Of a DNA stretch of 64,000 bases, positions 50,601 through 60,001 are shown one piece after another. The stretch covers positions 1-64,000 of the forward strand of contig CAVTHO010000009.1 in assembly GCA_963734545.1 (NCBI GenBank), in the 5' to 3' direction. The first letter of the stretch is position 1. Every line of letters begins with the position of its first letter. Below the pieces are notes generated by a model. That model searched no databases and was not told where the DNA came from. It saw only the letters and a program-made list of their open reading frames with translations. The position numbers were made by a program, and so were the translations under genes. Source of the DNA: an uncultured Spirochaetota bacterium. Lineage in GTDB: Bacteria > Spirochaetota > Spirochaetia > SZUA-6 > Fen-1364.

Positions 50601-52980
50601 CCTCGATCCGTGAGGAGAGCGAGGAGAACCTGCCCGTGTTCGCCAGCTCCGCATCGGCAAGGTGCTTCTTTGCGCCGTCTTCCCAGGCCGTAATCTCGGC
50701 GCGGGAAGATTCGAACAGCGCGGCCAGGTCCCGGCGCCCCACCTCGACTTCCCGGCTCATCTGCTCGAGACGCGCCTCGATCTCGGCGTGCATCTTCCGC
50801 GTTCCTGTCTCCATTGATTCCCGCACGCCGCCGAGATCCTTCTCGAACGACGACGAGGCATCCTTCCTGGCCTTCTCGATGTCGCCGCGCAGCGCGTCTC
50901 GAAGCGTCTGCACCGATTCTCCGGCAGCCGCGGTGCGCTGCATGATGTCCGCCTCGAACCCCGCCGTACGTTTTTCCATCTCCGCCTGCCAGGCCTGGAA
51001 CCTCGTCTGCGTCACCGTGGAGCGCGCGCGCAGGTCCGTGAGAAGCTCCTCCTGGAATGCCGTGAGCTTCTTCTCCGCCTCCTCGTGAGCGCGCGCCTTC
51101 AGGTCTTCCACGGCCGCCTGCAGCTCCGCCATGTCCGCCCGCAGCCGCTCCCGCGCCGCCGACGCGCCTTCAACCTCGGACTTCCAGCCCGTGGTGAGCT
51201 TCTCCGCGAATCCGTTCATTTCCGCGCGCATTGCCGCGGTCATCCTGTCCATCGTCTGGGCGAGCGCGCCCTGCAGCGCCTGGACCGACTGCCGGGCCGC
51301 CTCGGTGCGCTCTTTGACCTCTGCTTCGAGGCTCTCCACGCGCGCACCGGCATCCGTTTCAATGCTTTCCACGCGCTTGTTGACGGCAGCCTCGAGGCCT
51401 TCCACCCGCGCGTTCACCTCCGCCTCGACATTCGCCGTGCGCGCTTTGACGCCGGCCGCCAGGCCTTCCACCCGCGCATTCACGTCCGCCTCGACGCCCG
51501 CCGCGCGCTCCTCGACCTGGGCCGCAAGGCCTTCCACGCGCGCGTTGACATCCGCCTCGACGCCCGCCGCGCGCTCCTTGACCTCAGCCGCGAGGTTCTC
51601 CACCTGCGCGTTGATGTCTGCCCCGACTTCCGCGGCGCGTGCTTCGAAGTCGGCCTCGAAGCTTGCGGCGTGCTCTCTGATTCCTGCCTCGAAGCCCGCG
51701 GCATGCTCTCTGACTCCCGCCTCGAAGCTGGCCGCCCGTTCTCTGACCGCAGCCTCGAAGCTTTCCGCGCGCTTCTCCATCTCCGCCTGCCATGCCTCGA
51801 ACTTCTGCTGGGTCAGAGTGGACCGTGTGCGCAGATCGGCGAAAAACTCCTCTTCGAAAACCGAGAGCTGCCTTTCCGCGTCCTGGTATGCACGCGCCTT
51901 CAGCGCCTCCAGCTCCGCCCCAAGCTGCCCCATGCTCGCGTGCAGCTTCTCGCGGGTGGCTTCCGCGCCCGCAACCTCCGAGCTCCAGCCGGCCATCAGG
52001 TCGGTTGCGAGCTTGTCCGCGATCCCCTTCATCTCGGTACGCATGCTCGCCGCCATCTTGTCCATGGTCTGCCCGAGCGAGGTGCGCAGGGCGTCCACGT
52101 CGTGGTTCGCGTCTTCCAGGACCTTCACGCGATAGTCGACGTCCCCCTGGTAGTCCGCCAGCCTCGATTCGATGGTCTCTATGCCCCTGGCAAGGGTGTT
52201 TTCATTTATCTGGATGCGCGAGGACAGGCGCGTAAACACCTCGTCCTCCAGGCTCTCGCCTTTGCGGGCAGCCGCGGAAAGCCTGGCACGCAGATCCACC
52301 TCGAATGCATCCAGCGCCTTCGCGAGCCCCGCAATCCGCTCCTTTTCCGTCTGCTCCGCCCGCGCTCCCAGGCGTGCCATGTAGGCCGAAAAATCCTTCA
52401 CCTTCTTGTCCGACTCCACCAGCACCGCCGCCAGCGCGCCGACTTTCTCTTCCACGGTCCTGATCACCTCGCCGCGCGCGGTCTCCAGTGTTTCCCGGCC
52501 CTGGGCGGTGAATGCCTTCTGCATCTCGGGGATCAGCTTCTGCACCTTGTCGAGACGCGTCGCTGTCTCACCGATCTTTCGGCCGACCACATCGACGAAC
52601 GCGGATTCATCCCGCAGCTTCTTCAGGTTTGTGTCCACCCGTGATGACATAGCGGTGAGATCAGTGAGCGCTGTCTCGTAGTCCGCAAGACGCTTCTGGA
52701 TCGACTCCATCTCGGACGCCCTGCCCCGGAGCTGGTCATCCAGGCCGCGGGCATGAGCGATCAATTCCCTGCCCGTTTTCAGCTCCGCCTGGAGCGCAAT
52801 GGACAGGTCCTTCAGCTGCACGGTCTTTCCCTCGACGAGCGCGGAGAGGTTCTCCGTGATCTTGTCGCTGAACCGCTTGAGCTTTTCGAGAGATCTGTTG
52901 TTTCTGTCGATTGCGCGGAAGGCGATGACTATGAGAAGGACGACGACGAGGGTGATGAAATCACCAATTGAGAAAAACAT
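47626..52980 (-). CDS. Large spirochaete coiled-coil protein (SpiroCoCo-like), 1784 aa
   Basis: N-terminal TM helix plus DRNNRSLEKLKRFSDK, a long repetitive coiled coil, and a C-terminal HTH-like QGWSVQEISRVTQLSRGEVELILEL. Confidence 0.85.
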   Translation of the reverse strand: MFFSIGDFITLVVVLLIVIAFRAIDRNNRSLEKLKRFSDKITENLSALVEGKTVQLKDLSIALQAELKTGRELIAHARGLDDQLRGRASEMESIQKRLADYETALTDLTAMSSRVDTNLKKLRDESAFVDVVGRKIGETATRLDKVQKLIPEMQKAFTAQGRETLETARGEVIRTVEEKVGALAAVLVESDKKVKDFSAYMARLGARAEQTEKERIAGLAKALDAFEVDLRARLSAAARKGESLEDEVFTRLSSRIQINENTLARGIETIESRLADYQGDVDYRVKVLEDANHDVDALRTSLGQTMDKMAASMRTEMKGIADKLATDLMAGWSSEVAGAEATREKLHASMGQLGAELEALKARAYQDAERQLSVFEEEFFADLRTRSTLTQQKFEAWQAEMEKRAESFEAAVRERAASFEAGVREHAAGFEAGIREHAASFEADFEARAAEVGADINAQVENLAAEVKERAAGVEADVNARVEGLAAQVEERAAGVEADVNARVEGLAAGVKARTANVEAEVNARVEGLEAAVNKRVESIETDAGARVESLEAEVKERTEAARQSVQALQGALAQTMDRMTAAMRAEMNGFAEKLTTGWKSEVEGASAARERLRADMAELQAAVEDLKARAHEEAEKKLTAFQEELLTDLRARSTVTQTRFQAWQAEMEKRTAGFEADIMQRTAAAGESVQTLRDALRGDIEKARKDASSSFEKDLGGVRESMETGTRKMHAEIEARLEQMSREVEVGRRDLAALFESSRAEITAWEDGAKKHLADAELANTGRFSSLSSRIEADKAALAKSIETVESRLADYQADVDYRMKVLDEAHRDVDALRASLAQTVDKMGAAVRSEMKALTDTLAAELTHGWKSEVAGAETTRQQLQASMGELQAELETLKKRAYQDAEKKLSMFEEEFFADLRARSTMTQEKFQSWQAEMEKRAAGFEAGVKERTASLEAVVNARAASVEADVKARVESLEADVKTRAAAAGESVMALREALSGDIERARKEASQSFEKNLGSVRDTMEAESRKMHREIEARLEALSAELNAGRKDLADLFETSRAEIAAWEDGAKAQLAEAEQENAGRLSNLASRIQGDEATLAKSIETIELRLADYQGDVDYRVKVLEDANRDVDALRASLSQTMDKMAEGVRAEMKGLADELAAGWKSDIAGAAIAREQLQAGMGELEAGLEELKARAYQDAEKKLSVFEEEFFTDLRARSTMTQEKFQAWQVEMEKRAASFEADVKERTAAADEAVQTLRETLRGDVEKARKDASLSFEKDLGGVKDVMEAATRKMHREIESRLKELSVELTAGRKELTELFETSRTEIAAWEGGAKKQLAEAELAIAEKISSLSAEAASSVGAIRDAFAAQKEDLLVSTNEERIGLRKELAQMGETISSFEADLKKTTEAAMEALRTQMDGFQLDSQKRVREVQTEVEGRIKEQKQLLVDTKEKADAMQEKLFGRIEESYQLLSTNLVEIDKRVKSFTSQTRLFERADTLKAALEVSIDEMKKEVAKLNADRAEFSEIEVQLSKTKKVADEVSTKLTRFLAERRRIEEMDGDFKKIIAVSKDVDLKLDTLSSSNDALQQIQAKIRQFEEMGKSVEGGFERLEKKKEILSVTSEGVDRNFQRLENIEKSLGEADRTADELAAKVSSLRGEYEMLAANKKDADTAMQTVGKLSGVIEELESRLEKAQSSREWMARTETRFEEIGRQAQEQVRLLESIMKAETKKEKGERGAPPLDKRETVVKLSHQGWSVQEISRVTQLSRGEVELILELAPKV
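51307..51768 (-). repeat. 14 tandem 33-bp (11-aa) units inside the coiled-coil gene
   Basis: AESFEAAVRER/AASFEAGVREH/.../VESLEAEVKER. A second run of 4 units lies at 50029-50160. Confidence 0.9.
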
Positions 52981-53007
52981 TGTCCCCTCCCCAGGAGATT
53001 TGTGACA

Positions 53008-53036
53008 ATATTATTCCTATCACCCCCGGATGTCAA
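53008..53036 (-). promoter_or_regulatory. Sigma70 promoter of the coiled-coil gene
   Basis: TTGACA-N17-TAATAT; RBS GGAGG before ATG 52980. Confidence 0.75.
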
Positions 53037-53042
53037 CGTGGA

Positions 53043-54128
53043 TTACCTGGGTTTTATCACATATGGAATCAACCCTGTCACGGGCCCTGCGCCCTTTGCC
53101 GCGGTGAATCTCCAGCGACGGATCGCGTCTTTGAAGGCCGAATCGACATCCGCGTAGCCGGATGACCGTGCCATGAACACGACGGAGATGGCGCCGTCCG
53201 GCATGAGGACGAATGAAAGCGTCACCGAGAGCGTCAGGCCCTGCTTGCTCACCCAGGCAGGGAGCTTCGGATCTCCGCCTGACACGCGCACGCGTCCCTC
53301 GCTCGCACCGGGCTGGTCCCACACCACTAGGTAGTCCCCGCCCCCTCCCCCGGCCGCGCCGCCTCCGCCCGCGCCGCCTCCGCCGGCCTGCCCCTGCCGG
53401 CCCGGGGCTGCACCACCCTGGCCTGCCTTGCCGCCCGCTTGCCCCTGCTGACCCGCGCCTCCGCCGGCCGCCTGCCCGGTGCCAGTACCTGCAGGAGAAG
53501 CCCCGGTAGCGGCCCCGGCAGCCCCGGATGTGCCGGCCCCTCTTCCCGCGATTGCCTGATCAAGTTTCCTGAGGTCCAGGGGGCCTGGCGTCCCATTGTC
53601 GGAACCAACAAGAACCCCTTCTCCTGCTCGCTGCGCATTTCCCGCGGCTCCGCCGGCCGCGGCGCCCGGGCCTGGTCTGCTGCCCTGCGGGCTGGCAGCC
53701 ACGGCGGGCTGAGGAAGCTGATTCTGTACAGCAGGGAGGGATGCCCCGGCGCCGGTCTTCCCCCCTGCCTCGCGAAACGAAGGTCCGCCGCCGGCGGCCG
53801 GCGCGGAGTCAGGAGCAGGTCCGCGCACAGTCGGTATGACAAAGCCCCCGCTCGCGCCGGCGCCCTGGCCCGGAAGCCCAGCCGCCGGAGCTTGCGTCGT
53901 GGAAGGCCCCGACCCGCTCCCCGAGCCCTGAGAATATGCCTGTCCTGCGGACTCGCGCCCGGATTCCAGCTGAACGTCGATAGGCGTCATCACCTCCGGC
54001 GACGGGCCGCGCAATGCGAAGGCAAGCGCCGCGATGAGGAGGACCGCCACATGAATGCCCAGGGCAGCGGCGAGGCTCGCGAACGTCCGCCTCCTGTCGC
54101 CTTCCAGGGGATGAACCGTGTCGCTCAT
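53043..54128 (-). CDS. tonB: TonB family energy transducer
   Basis: TM helix with SLAAALGIH, a Gly/Ala/Pro linker and a C-domain RSSGYADVDSAFKDAIRRWRF. Confidence 0.8.
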   Translation of the reverse strand: MSDTVHPLEGDRRRTFASLAAALGIHVAVLLIAALAFALRGPSPEVMTPIDVQLESGRESAGQAYSQGSGSGSGPSTTQAPAAGLPGQGAGASGGFVIPTVRGPAPDSAPAAGGGPSFREAGGKTGAGASLPAVQNQLPQPAVAASPQGSRPGPGAAAGGAAGNAQRAGEGVLVGSDNGTPGPLDLRKLDQAIAGRGAGTSGAAGAATGASPAGTGTGQAAGGGAGQQGQAGGKAGQGGAAPGRQGQAGGGGAGGGGAAGGGGGDYLVVWDQPGASEGRVRVSGGDPKLPAWVSKQGLTLSVTLSFVLMPDGAISVVFMARSSGYADVDSAFKDAIRRWRFTAAKGAGPVTGLIPYVIKPR

Positions 54129-55778
54129 AGGCTGATGCTCAAAGAGGCGGTCACCCTGAAGCCGGGCGCGACAAACGGGTCGATATCCAGCCGGGGGTCT
54201 CCTGGAAGAAGCCCCAGAATATCATCCGCGGCGAGCTGCAGCTTCACCGCATCGGAGACCTTCGCGAAGCCCGAAACACGCAGCAGGGGCTGCTGGAGCA
54301 CCCCGCCAAGCGTCGGCCCCACGGCCACCGAAGCCGTGCCGCCGAACCTTCCGCTCGACTCCAGCGCCACCAACTCCGCCTCCAGTGAATCGATAGGCGA
54401 GAAAAAGGGGCGGTCCAGGAACTCGTGCGTCCACGATGCCGACAGGGAGAAGGACTGGGTGATTCCCCACCGCATTCCTGCCTTTGTGGAGAAATGAGTC
54501 CCCTGCGTCTGGGTCACGGGGAAAAGCCCGTTCCCCTTCGCGCCGGTGTATTGGTGCGAGTCCCCGATTGGCATTGCATCGCTTGCCATGAATGTGACGA
54601 GGATGGATGCCGAAAGCTCTCGGGCAAATGTGAATTGCACGGAGCCGTCTCCGAACCAGCCCCGGTCATCCTCAGATGCTGTTCGGCAGCACGAGAGAGT
54701 GAATGCTCATCACGTCGTGCATGTCGTAGGGTGTCACTTTGTAGCCGCCGCCGACGGTGAGGGTCAGAAACTCGAAGGGCGTCGCGGTGATCGTGGCGGA
54801 AAAAGGAAAGAGGCTGAGGCCCGCCGTGTTCGCGAACCACCCTGCCGCGGCTTCGAATGTGAAAGCCGTTCCGAGGTCCGCGCCAAAGGACGCGGTGGCC
54901 CGGAACCTGTGCAGGGAGCCCCCCGGATCCTGGTCGGTCGAGGGATCGACCCGGAAAGTGTACAGCGTCGCAAGCCCGACCTTCACGGCTCCGAACCGGG
55001 CCTCCGCGGACACGGTGGGAGACACGCGCGCGCCGGTCAGCTCCCTGGGCGATGGCCCCGAAGGCGCTCCCTGCAGGGTGAGCCAATCCGCTCCGCCGGA
55101 CGCGCCGGCGCGGAGCGTCAGCCAGTCCAGGGGGACCGTGGAGAAAGACGCGGTGCCGCCGAGCATGCGCCCGAGCCGGGCGGTATAATCCGATTGTCCC
55201 TGCAGTCCCGTCTCATTGTCGGAAAAAGTCCCGCTGAGGTCCGTGTCGATCCCGCCGAGCCTGAATTTGAGCGCGCCATCGAGGACGTCATTGCGGAGAT
55301 TGAAGCCCGCGCCGGAGGGATTCCCGGCAAAGCCGTCAATAGTCTCATGGTTGAACAGCAGAGAGAAGCGTGGATCGTCGCCGAGTGTCTTCAGGGAAAT
55401 GCTGCCCACGATGCTGTTCGGGCTCCCAGCGCCGAGATTGATATCGGCGGACAGCAGGCGGTCCTTCGGCTGGACCGCGCGGGGCTCGACTTCCGGCCCG
55501 GGGGAAGGGAGGGCCGGCTCGCCGATGGCCAGGTCCCCTTCACTGAGAAGCGGGATCTTCCTTTCCGGTGCCAGCAGATCCTCTTCCGCGGGGAGCTGGG
55601 CCTCCACCTTTTCCACACTCAGGTCTTCGATCTGCAGGATCACCTGCGGCATGATGATTTCCGGCTCTGTCGGCACGACCGCGGGGTTCGTTCCTGCGGG
55701 GGTCCGGGTCTGGGCTGAAACTCCCGACAAGGCCGTGCAGCACAGGAGAGCAATGAGCAAAAGGTTCCGTGTCTTCAT
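54125..55778 (-). CDS. Putative outer-membrane beta-barrel protein of ~550 aa, frameshift at ~54675
   Basis: Signal peptide, amphipathic strands throughout and a C-terminal FRVTASLSISL. ORFs 54672-55817 and 54125-54640 join when 1 nt is removed. Confidence 0.65.
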
Positions 55779-58666
55779 TGTGCGCCTCCTGCCAGCAGGC
55801 GCCCTTTCGCGGTCCACTCGGAATCCGGAAAAGCAGCCTCGAGCCTCTTCACAAGCGCCTTGACCTCATCCGGCTTGCCTGCCAGCTTCATCATCTCCGC
55901 CGCACGGTAGAGGGCGGAGGCGGCCGCCTTCGGGTCCGCCTTCGGGATGAGCGCGGTGGCGACGAACTGCCGCGCCGCCTCGCCGAGGTCGCCCTTTCTG
56001 TAGAAGTACTCCCCCGCGAGCGCCTGCGCCTGGGGAGCTCCCTGCGGATCGCCTTCCTTTATCACCGGCAGGAGGAGCCGATAGCCGGCATCGGCCTTCT
56101 TGTCTCCGCTGAATATGTACAGCCGGGCAAGGTCGATGGTTGCCTGCCGCTTCCTGTCCCCCGCTTCCCGGGCGATGATCGCGGAAAGCTCCGCCTCTTT
56201 GTCTCCCTGCCCCAGGGCGAGGTAGCGGATCTGTTCCGCCCGGATGTCCGCACGCCCGGCCCTGGCCTCGTCCGGGTAATCGGCAATGAACCGGGAGTAC
56301 AGCTCCAGAGCTTTTGGATATTGCCGCACGTTTGCATAGGCCTCCGCTGTTTTCTGCAGGGCGGTGCCGCGGAACGGGCTGTCCGGATACGTCGCAATGA
56401 GCTTCTCCCAGAGGAGCGCGGCTGCCATGTCTTCGCCCACGGTCTGGGCCGCCTGCCCCCCCCAATACAATGCGGCGTCGACCTGCCTGCCCCTGGGAAA
56501 GCGCGTGCGGTACTCGTCGTACGCGGTGCGCGCGTCCGCCCACATCTTGTGCGTGAAAAAGGTCTCTGCCCGCTGGTAGACCGCTTCCTCCCGCAAGGGG
56601 CTGTCGGGGAACACGTCCGCCAGTTTCTTGTACGCATCTGCCGCCTGGCGCGTTTGTCCCATGTCGGAGAGGACCCCGGCATAGTCGAAGAGAGCATCAC
56701 TGGCCCACGGCGACGCCGGTGTGGCGGCGGTAATCCGCTGCAATGCTGCGGCAGCTTCGTCGCGCTTTTTCAAGTTGAGAAGGCTTTTCGCGTAGAGATA
56801 CAGGCTCTTCTGCGCCAGGTCCCCCTGCGCGCCCGCCCCCGACAATCGGGCAAACCACCCCGCGGCTCGATCGAACTCTCCCGCGCTGAAATGAGACCAT
56901 CCTGCCAGATAGACGATGGAAGGATACAGCTCGTGGGAAGGATATGAAACGGCAAGCTCATCGAAGACCTGTGCCGCCCTGCCGAAGTCCGACTGCCTCA
57001 AGTAGCTCCAGCCGAGGTAGTAGCGCGCGTAAGGCACGATCACGGCGAGGCCCGCCTTCTGCGCCACGGCGGGCTGAATGGAGGACAGGTCCGCGCTTGC
57101 CTTCCCATATTCTTTTGCCACGATCAAGGACAGGCCCCTGAGATACGAAACGACGATCGCCGCGTAGGGGTCCAGGGTGTCGATCGTCGGAAAAAGCCGC
57201 CTGACATTGTCCGCCTCTTTCACGATGGCGGCGTTCTGCTTCAGCACGAAAAGCATCTTGAGATAGTCCAGCCAGGAACGAAGGTCCTGGGGGTAGCGGC
57301 TCACGTATTGAGCCAGGGCATCCGATGCTGCATCGGTCCGGCCCGCCCCCTTCAACAGCACGATGTGCAGCTTTTCAAGCTGCTGACGGATGGCCGGCTC
57401 CATGTCCATGCCCAGGAGCCCATCCACCATCCGGGAGGCCTCTTCCGGTTTGCCCAGACGGAAGGAGCAATATGCCTGGAGGTATCCCGCCTCAGAGACG
57501 CGCTTCGACTCGGGGAAGGACGTGCGGAACTGCGCGTAGAAGCCCGTTGCCGTCTTGAAATCATCTCCCATGAGGGCGATGTCCCCGAGCCTGATGACGG
57601 CCGCCCCGGTCCCCGGTTTTCCCAGTGCGAGAAACTCGGTCAGGATGGCGCGCGCCCCTGCAGTGTCCTTGCGCCCGAGCATGATTTCCGCAAGATACAG
57701 CGGCACGACCTCGTTCACCGGTACTTCCCGGCGCGCGTCCCACGCGCGGCGCAGGAACGCCTCGGCCGAGTCCATCGAGCCGCGGCGGAAGCTTTCCGCG
57801 CCCACCCGGGTCCAGAGATCCACCAGCAGCTTGGTGCGTTTTCCGAATCGGGCCTCGGCCGCCTGGCTCAGGTCCCGCATGCCCTGAAGATCGTTCCTGC
57901 GCTGCGCGGCATCGAAGAGCCTGCCATAGGAGACCAGGGCCGCGTCGTCGGACGCTCCTACGAGCTGCAGGTACAGCGGCTGCGCCTCGGCCCACCGCCC
58001 GGATCGGGAGAGCGCTTCTGCGCGGAGAAGGAGGAACTCGTTTTTCCACGGATCGGGGAAGCCCGACGGATCGGTCTTCTGCGTCAAATCGAGCAGATCC
58101 GCGTACGACTGCCGCTTCTGCAGTATCGAGCCGAGAAGCACGGAGGCGTAGGGAAAAAGACGCGAGGACGGGTAACCGGCGGTGAGCGACCTCAAGGTCG
58201 CTGTCGCTTCTTCGTCGCTGGAAAGCGCGACCAGGTCGAGGGACTTGTGCAGGAGAGCCTGGGGGGTGAGCTCCGCATCTGCCGGCCCCGCGAGGAAGGC
58301 GTCGAGGCTCTCCACGCTCAGGGAGTAGCTGCCGAGGGCATACAGATTCAGGCCCTTCCAGAGCGGAACGTAGGCGAAATAACGGGTCGACCGGTAGCGT
58401 CGTTCGATGTCCGAGATGAGCTGCAGGGAGTCACGATACCTGTCCAGCCTGTAGAAGCAGGTCGCCCGCCTGTACTGCACATCCGCAACACGCTCGGAAA
58501 GCGGATACGCGGCAAGAAAGGCATCATACGCCTCGAGTGCGGCCGTGTAGTTCTTTCCCAGGTACCTGCTTTCCGCCTCTGAGAAAAGGTCCCCTTCAGC
58601 AGGAGCAGCGACAAGCGGCTGCGCAACGCCTGCGATCAGGAGAGCACAGAGAAGAATTCGGATCAT
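55775..58666 (-). CDS. Periplasmic tetratricopeptide-repeat protein (BamD/CpoB-like repeats), 963 aa
   Basis: Signal peptide, many TPRs ending YP.S / FPDS, and C-terminal FPDSEWTAKG. Confidence 0.9.
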   Translation of the reverse strand: MIRILLCALLIAGVAQPLVAAPAEGDLFSEAESRYLGKNYTAALEAYDAFLAAYPLSERVADVQYRRATCFYRLDRYRDSLQLISDIERRYRSTRYFAYVPLWKGLNLYALGSYSLSVESLDAFLAGPADAELTPQALLHKSLDLVALSSDEEATATLRSLTAGYPSSRLFPYASVLLGSILQKRQSYADLLDLTQKTDPSGFPDPWKNEFLLLRAEALSRSGRWAEAQPLYLQLVGASDDAALVSYGRLFDAAQRRNDLQGMRDLSQAAEARFGKRTKLLVDLWTRVGAESFRRGSMDSAEAFLRRAWDARREVPVNEVVPLYLAEIMLGRKDTAGARAILTEFLALGKPGTGAAVIRLGDIALMGDDFKTATGFYAQFRTSFPESKRVSEAGYLQAYCSFRLGKPEEASRMVDGLLGMDMEPAIRQQLEKLHIVLLKGAGRTDAASDALAQYVSRYPQDLRSWLDYLKMLFVLKQNAAIVKEADNVRRLFPTIDTLDPYAAIVVSYLRGLSLIVAKEYGKASADLSSIQPAVAQKAGLAVIVPYARYYLGWSYLRQSDFGRAAQVFDELAVSYPSHELYPSIVYLAGWSHFSAGEFDRAAGWFARLSGAGAQGDLAQKSLYLYAKSLLNLKKRDEAAAALQRITAATPASPWASDALFDYAGVLSDMGQTRQAADAYKKLADVFPDSPLREEAVYQRAETFFTHKMWADARTAYDEYRTRFPRGRQVDAALYWGGQAAQTVGEDMAAALLWEKLIATYPDSPFRGTALQKTAEAYANVRQYPKALELYSRFIADYPDEARAGRADIRAEQIRYLALGQGDKEAELSAIIAREAGDRKRQATIDLARLYIFSGDKKADAGYRLLLPVIKEGDPQGAPQAQALAGEYFYRKGDLGEAARQFVATALIPKADPKAAASALYRAAEMMKLAGKPDEVKALVKRLEAAFPDSEWTAKGRLLAGGAQ

Positions 58667-58696
58667 GACTAGTCAATCATACTCCGTGATAAAGCT

Positions 58697-60001
58697 TTAA
58701 TCAATTTGGGGAAGGGAGAAATCGCCCGCGGAGTCGAGATGGACGAGGTGGACGTACTCCTTCCCATACCGGCGCGTCAGAGAAGCGAGGCTCGTTTCGG
58801 CATTTCTTTCGAGCACCACGACCTGGAAATCGCCGTTCGCATCGAAGAAGGGCAGGAGCACGATCACGTGATGGTGCTGGCGCAGCGTGGGTGTTCCTTC
58901 CTGTGATGCCTCCCGCGAAGCGGCGTTCACCGACCCGAGGTAGATCGTACCGGGGCGCTCGCGGGCAAGAAAATAGAGCAGCGCACGGAGACGGGGAACC
59001 GGGTATCCGGTGTCGCGGGTGTACGCCATGTGATCCGCGCTGCGCACGTCCAGGTCCTCATCCGGCAGGAGTATGCCCGGTACGCGCCTGTGCGATGCTC
59101 CGCGCGAGCCCGCGCGTCCAGTCCAGTCCGAAATAGGGATCCAATTCCTCTTCGTAGCGGGCACTCCACTTGTTGATCCGCATCGCGTTACGCGACTTCA
59201 GGGCCGCAATATCCGTGTTCCTGCCGGTGAGCGGCGCGTAGAAGCCGTCGACGATCCACTTGGCAAAGCCCGAGCAGTTGAAGCCCCCGGGCCCGCCGGA
59301 ACGCCGCTCGCGATGTACACCATGCGCCCGGCGCTGTCCATCGCGCCGTCGTCCATGTCCCGCAGGCCCTTCAGGCGCGCGCGCACCGAGCGGGCAACCT
59401 CCGCGAGCCGGATGTCACCGGGACCGGGCGAGGGAGCCAGGAGGAGCGGCCAGTCGATGGAGTTGCCCGTGAGGTCCATGATGCGCGCCAGCGGCGCCGT
59501 GAGCAGACGCTCGAACGCGACCGGCAGAACGACCTGGCTCAGGAAGAGCTCGCCGGAGAGAAAGACGTCCATGACGGTCCTGTCGCTGCGGGGAAACAGG
59601 CGGAGAAAGCAACCAGGATCGTTCTGCACGAATACCTTGGCCTGGATGAAGCTTCCATCCTTGAGGCTTCTCTTGATAATGAAGGTTCCCGCCCCCGCCA
59701 CGGGAAAGCTCCGGCCCTCCCGATTGGCGAAAACGAGGTAGAGAGAGCCTGACTGGGCGTCCGCCTGGAAGGAGACCTGCCCGCCGCCGCCGGGCTGGTT
59801 CACGATCATGCCCGCGCGCCGGGCGGCATCGCCGACCGGGGCGAAAATCGTGTCACGCAGAAGGCTCCGCGCCTCCCAATTCTCAGGCAGGGAAGGAGCA
59901 CTCCCGGGCGCACGAATGCCGGAGCTGCCGATGCCGGGAAAAGCGCAGACGGCGAGAAGAAAGAACGCCAGGGCCGCTCTACACCAGGAGAGTGTCCTCA
60001 T
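58697..60001 (-). CDS. Secreted hypothetical protein with NlpC/P60-like GFNCSGF motif; 2 frameshifts (~59287, ~59078)
   Basis: ORFs 59198-60001 and 58697-59164 are bridged by a third frame encoding GGFNCSGFAKWIVDG...DPYFGLDWTRGLA. Confidence 0.65.
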
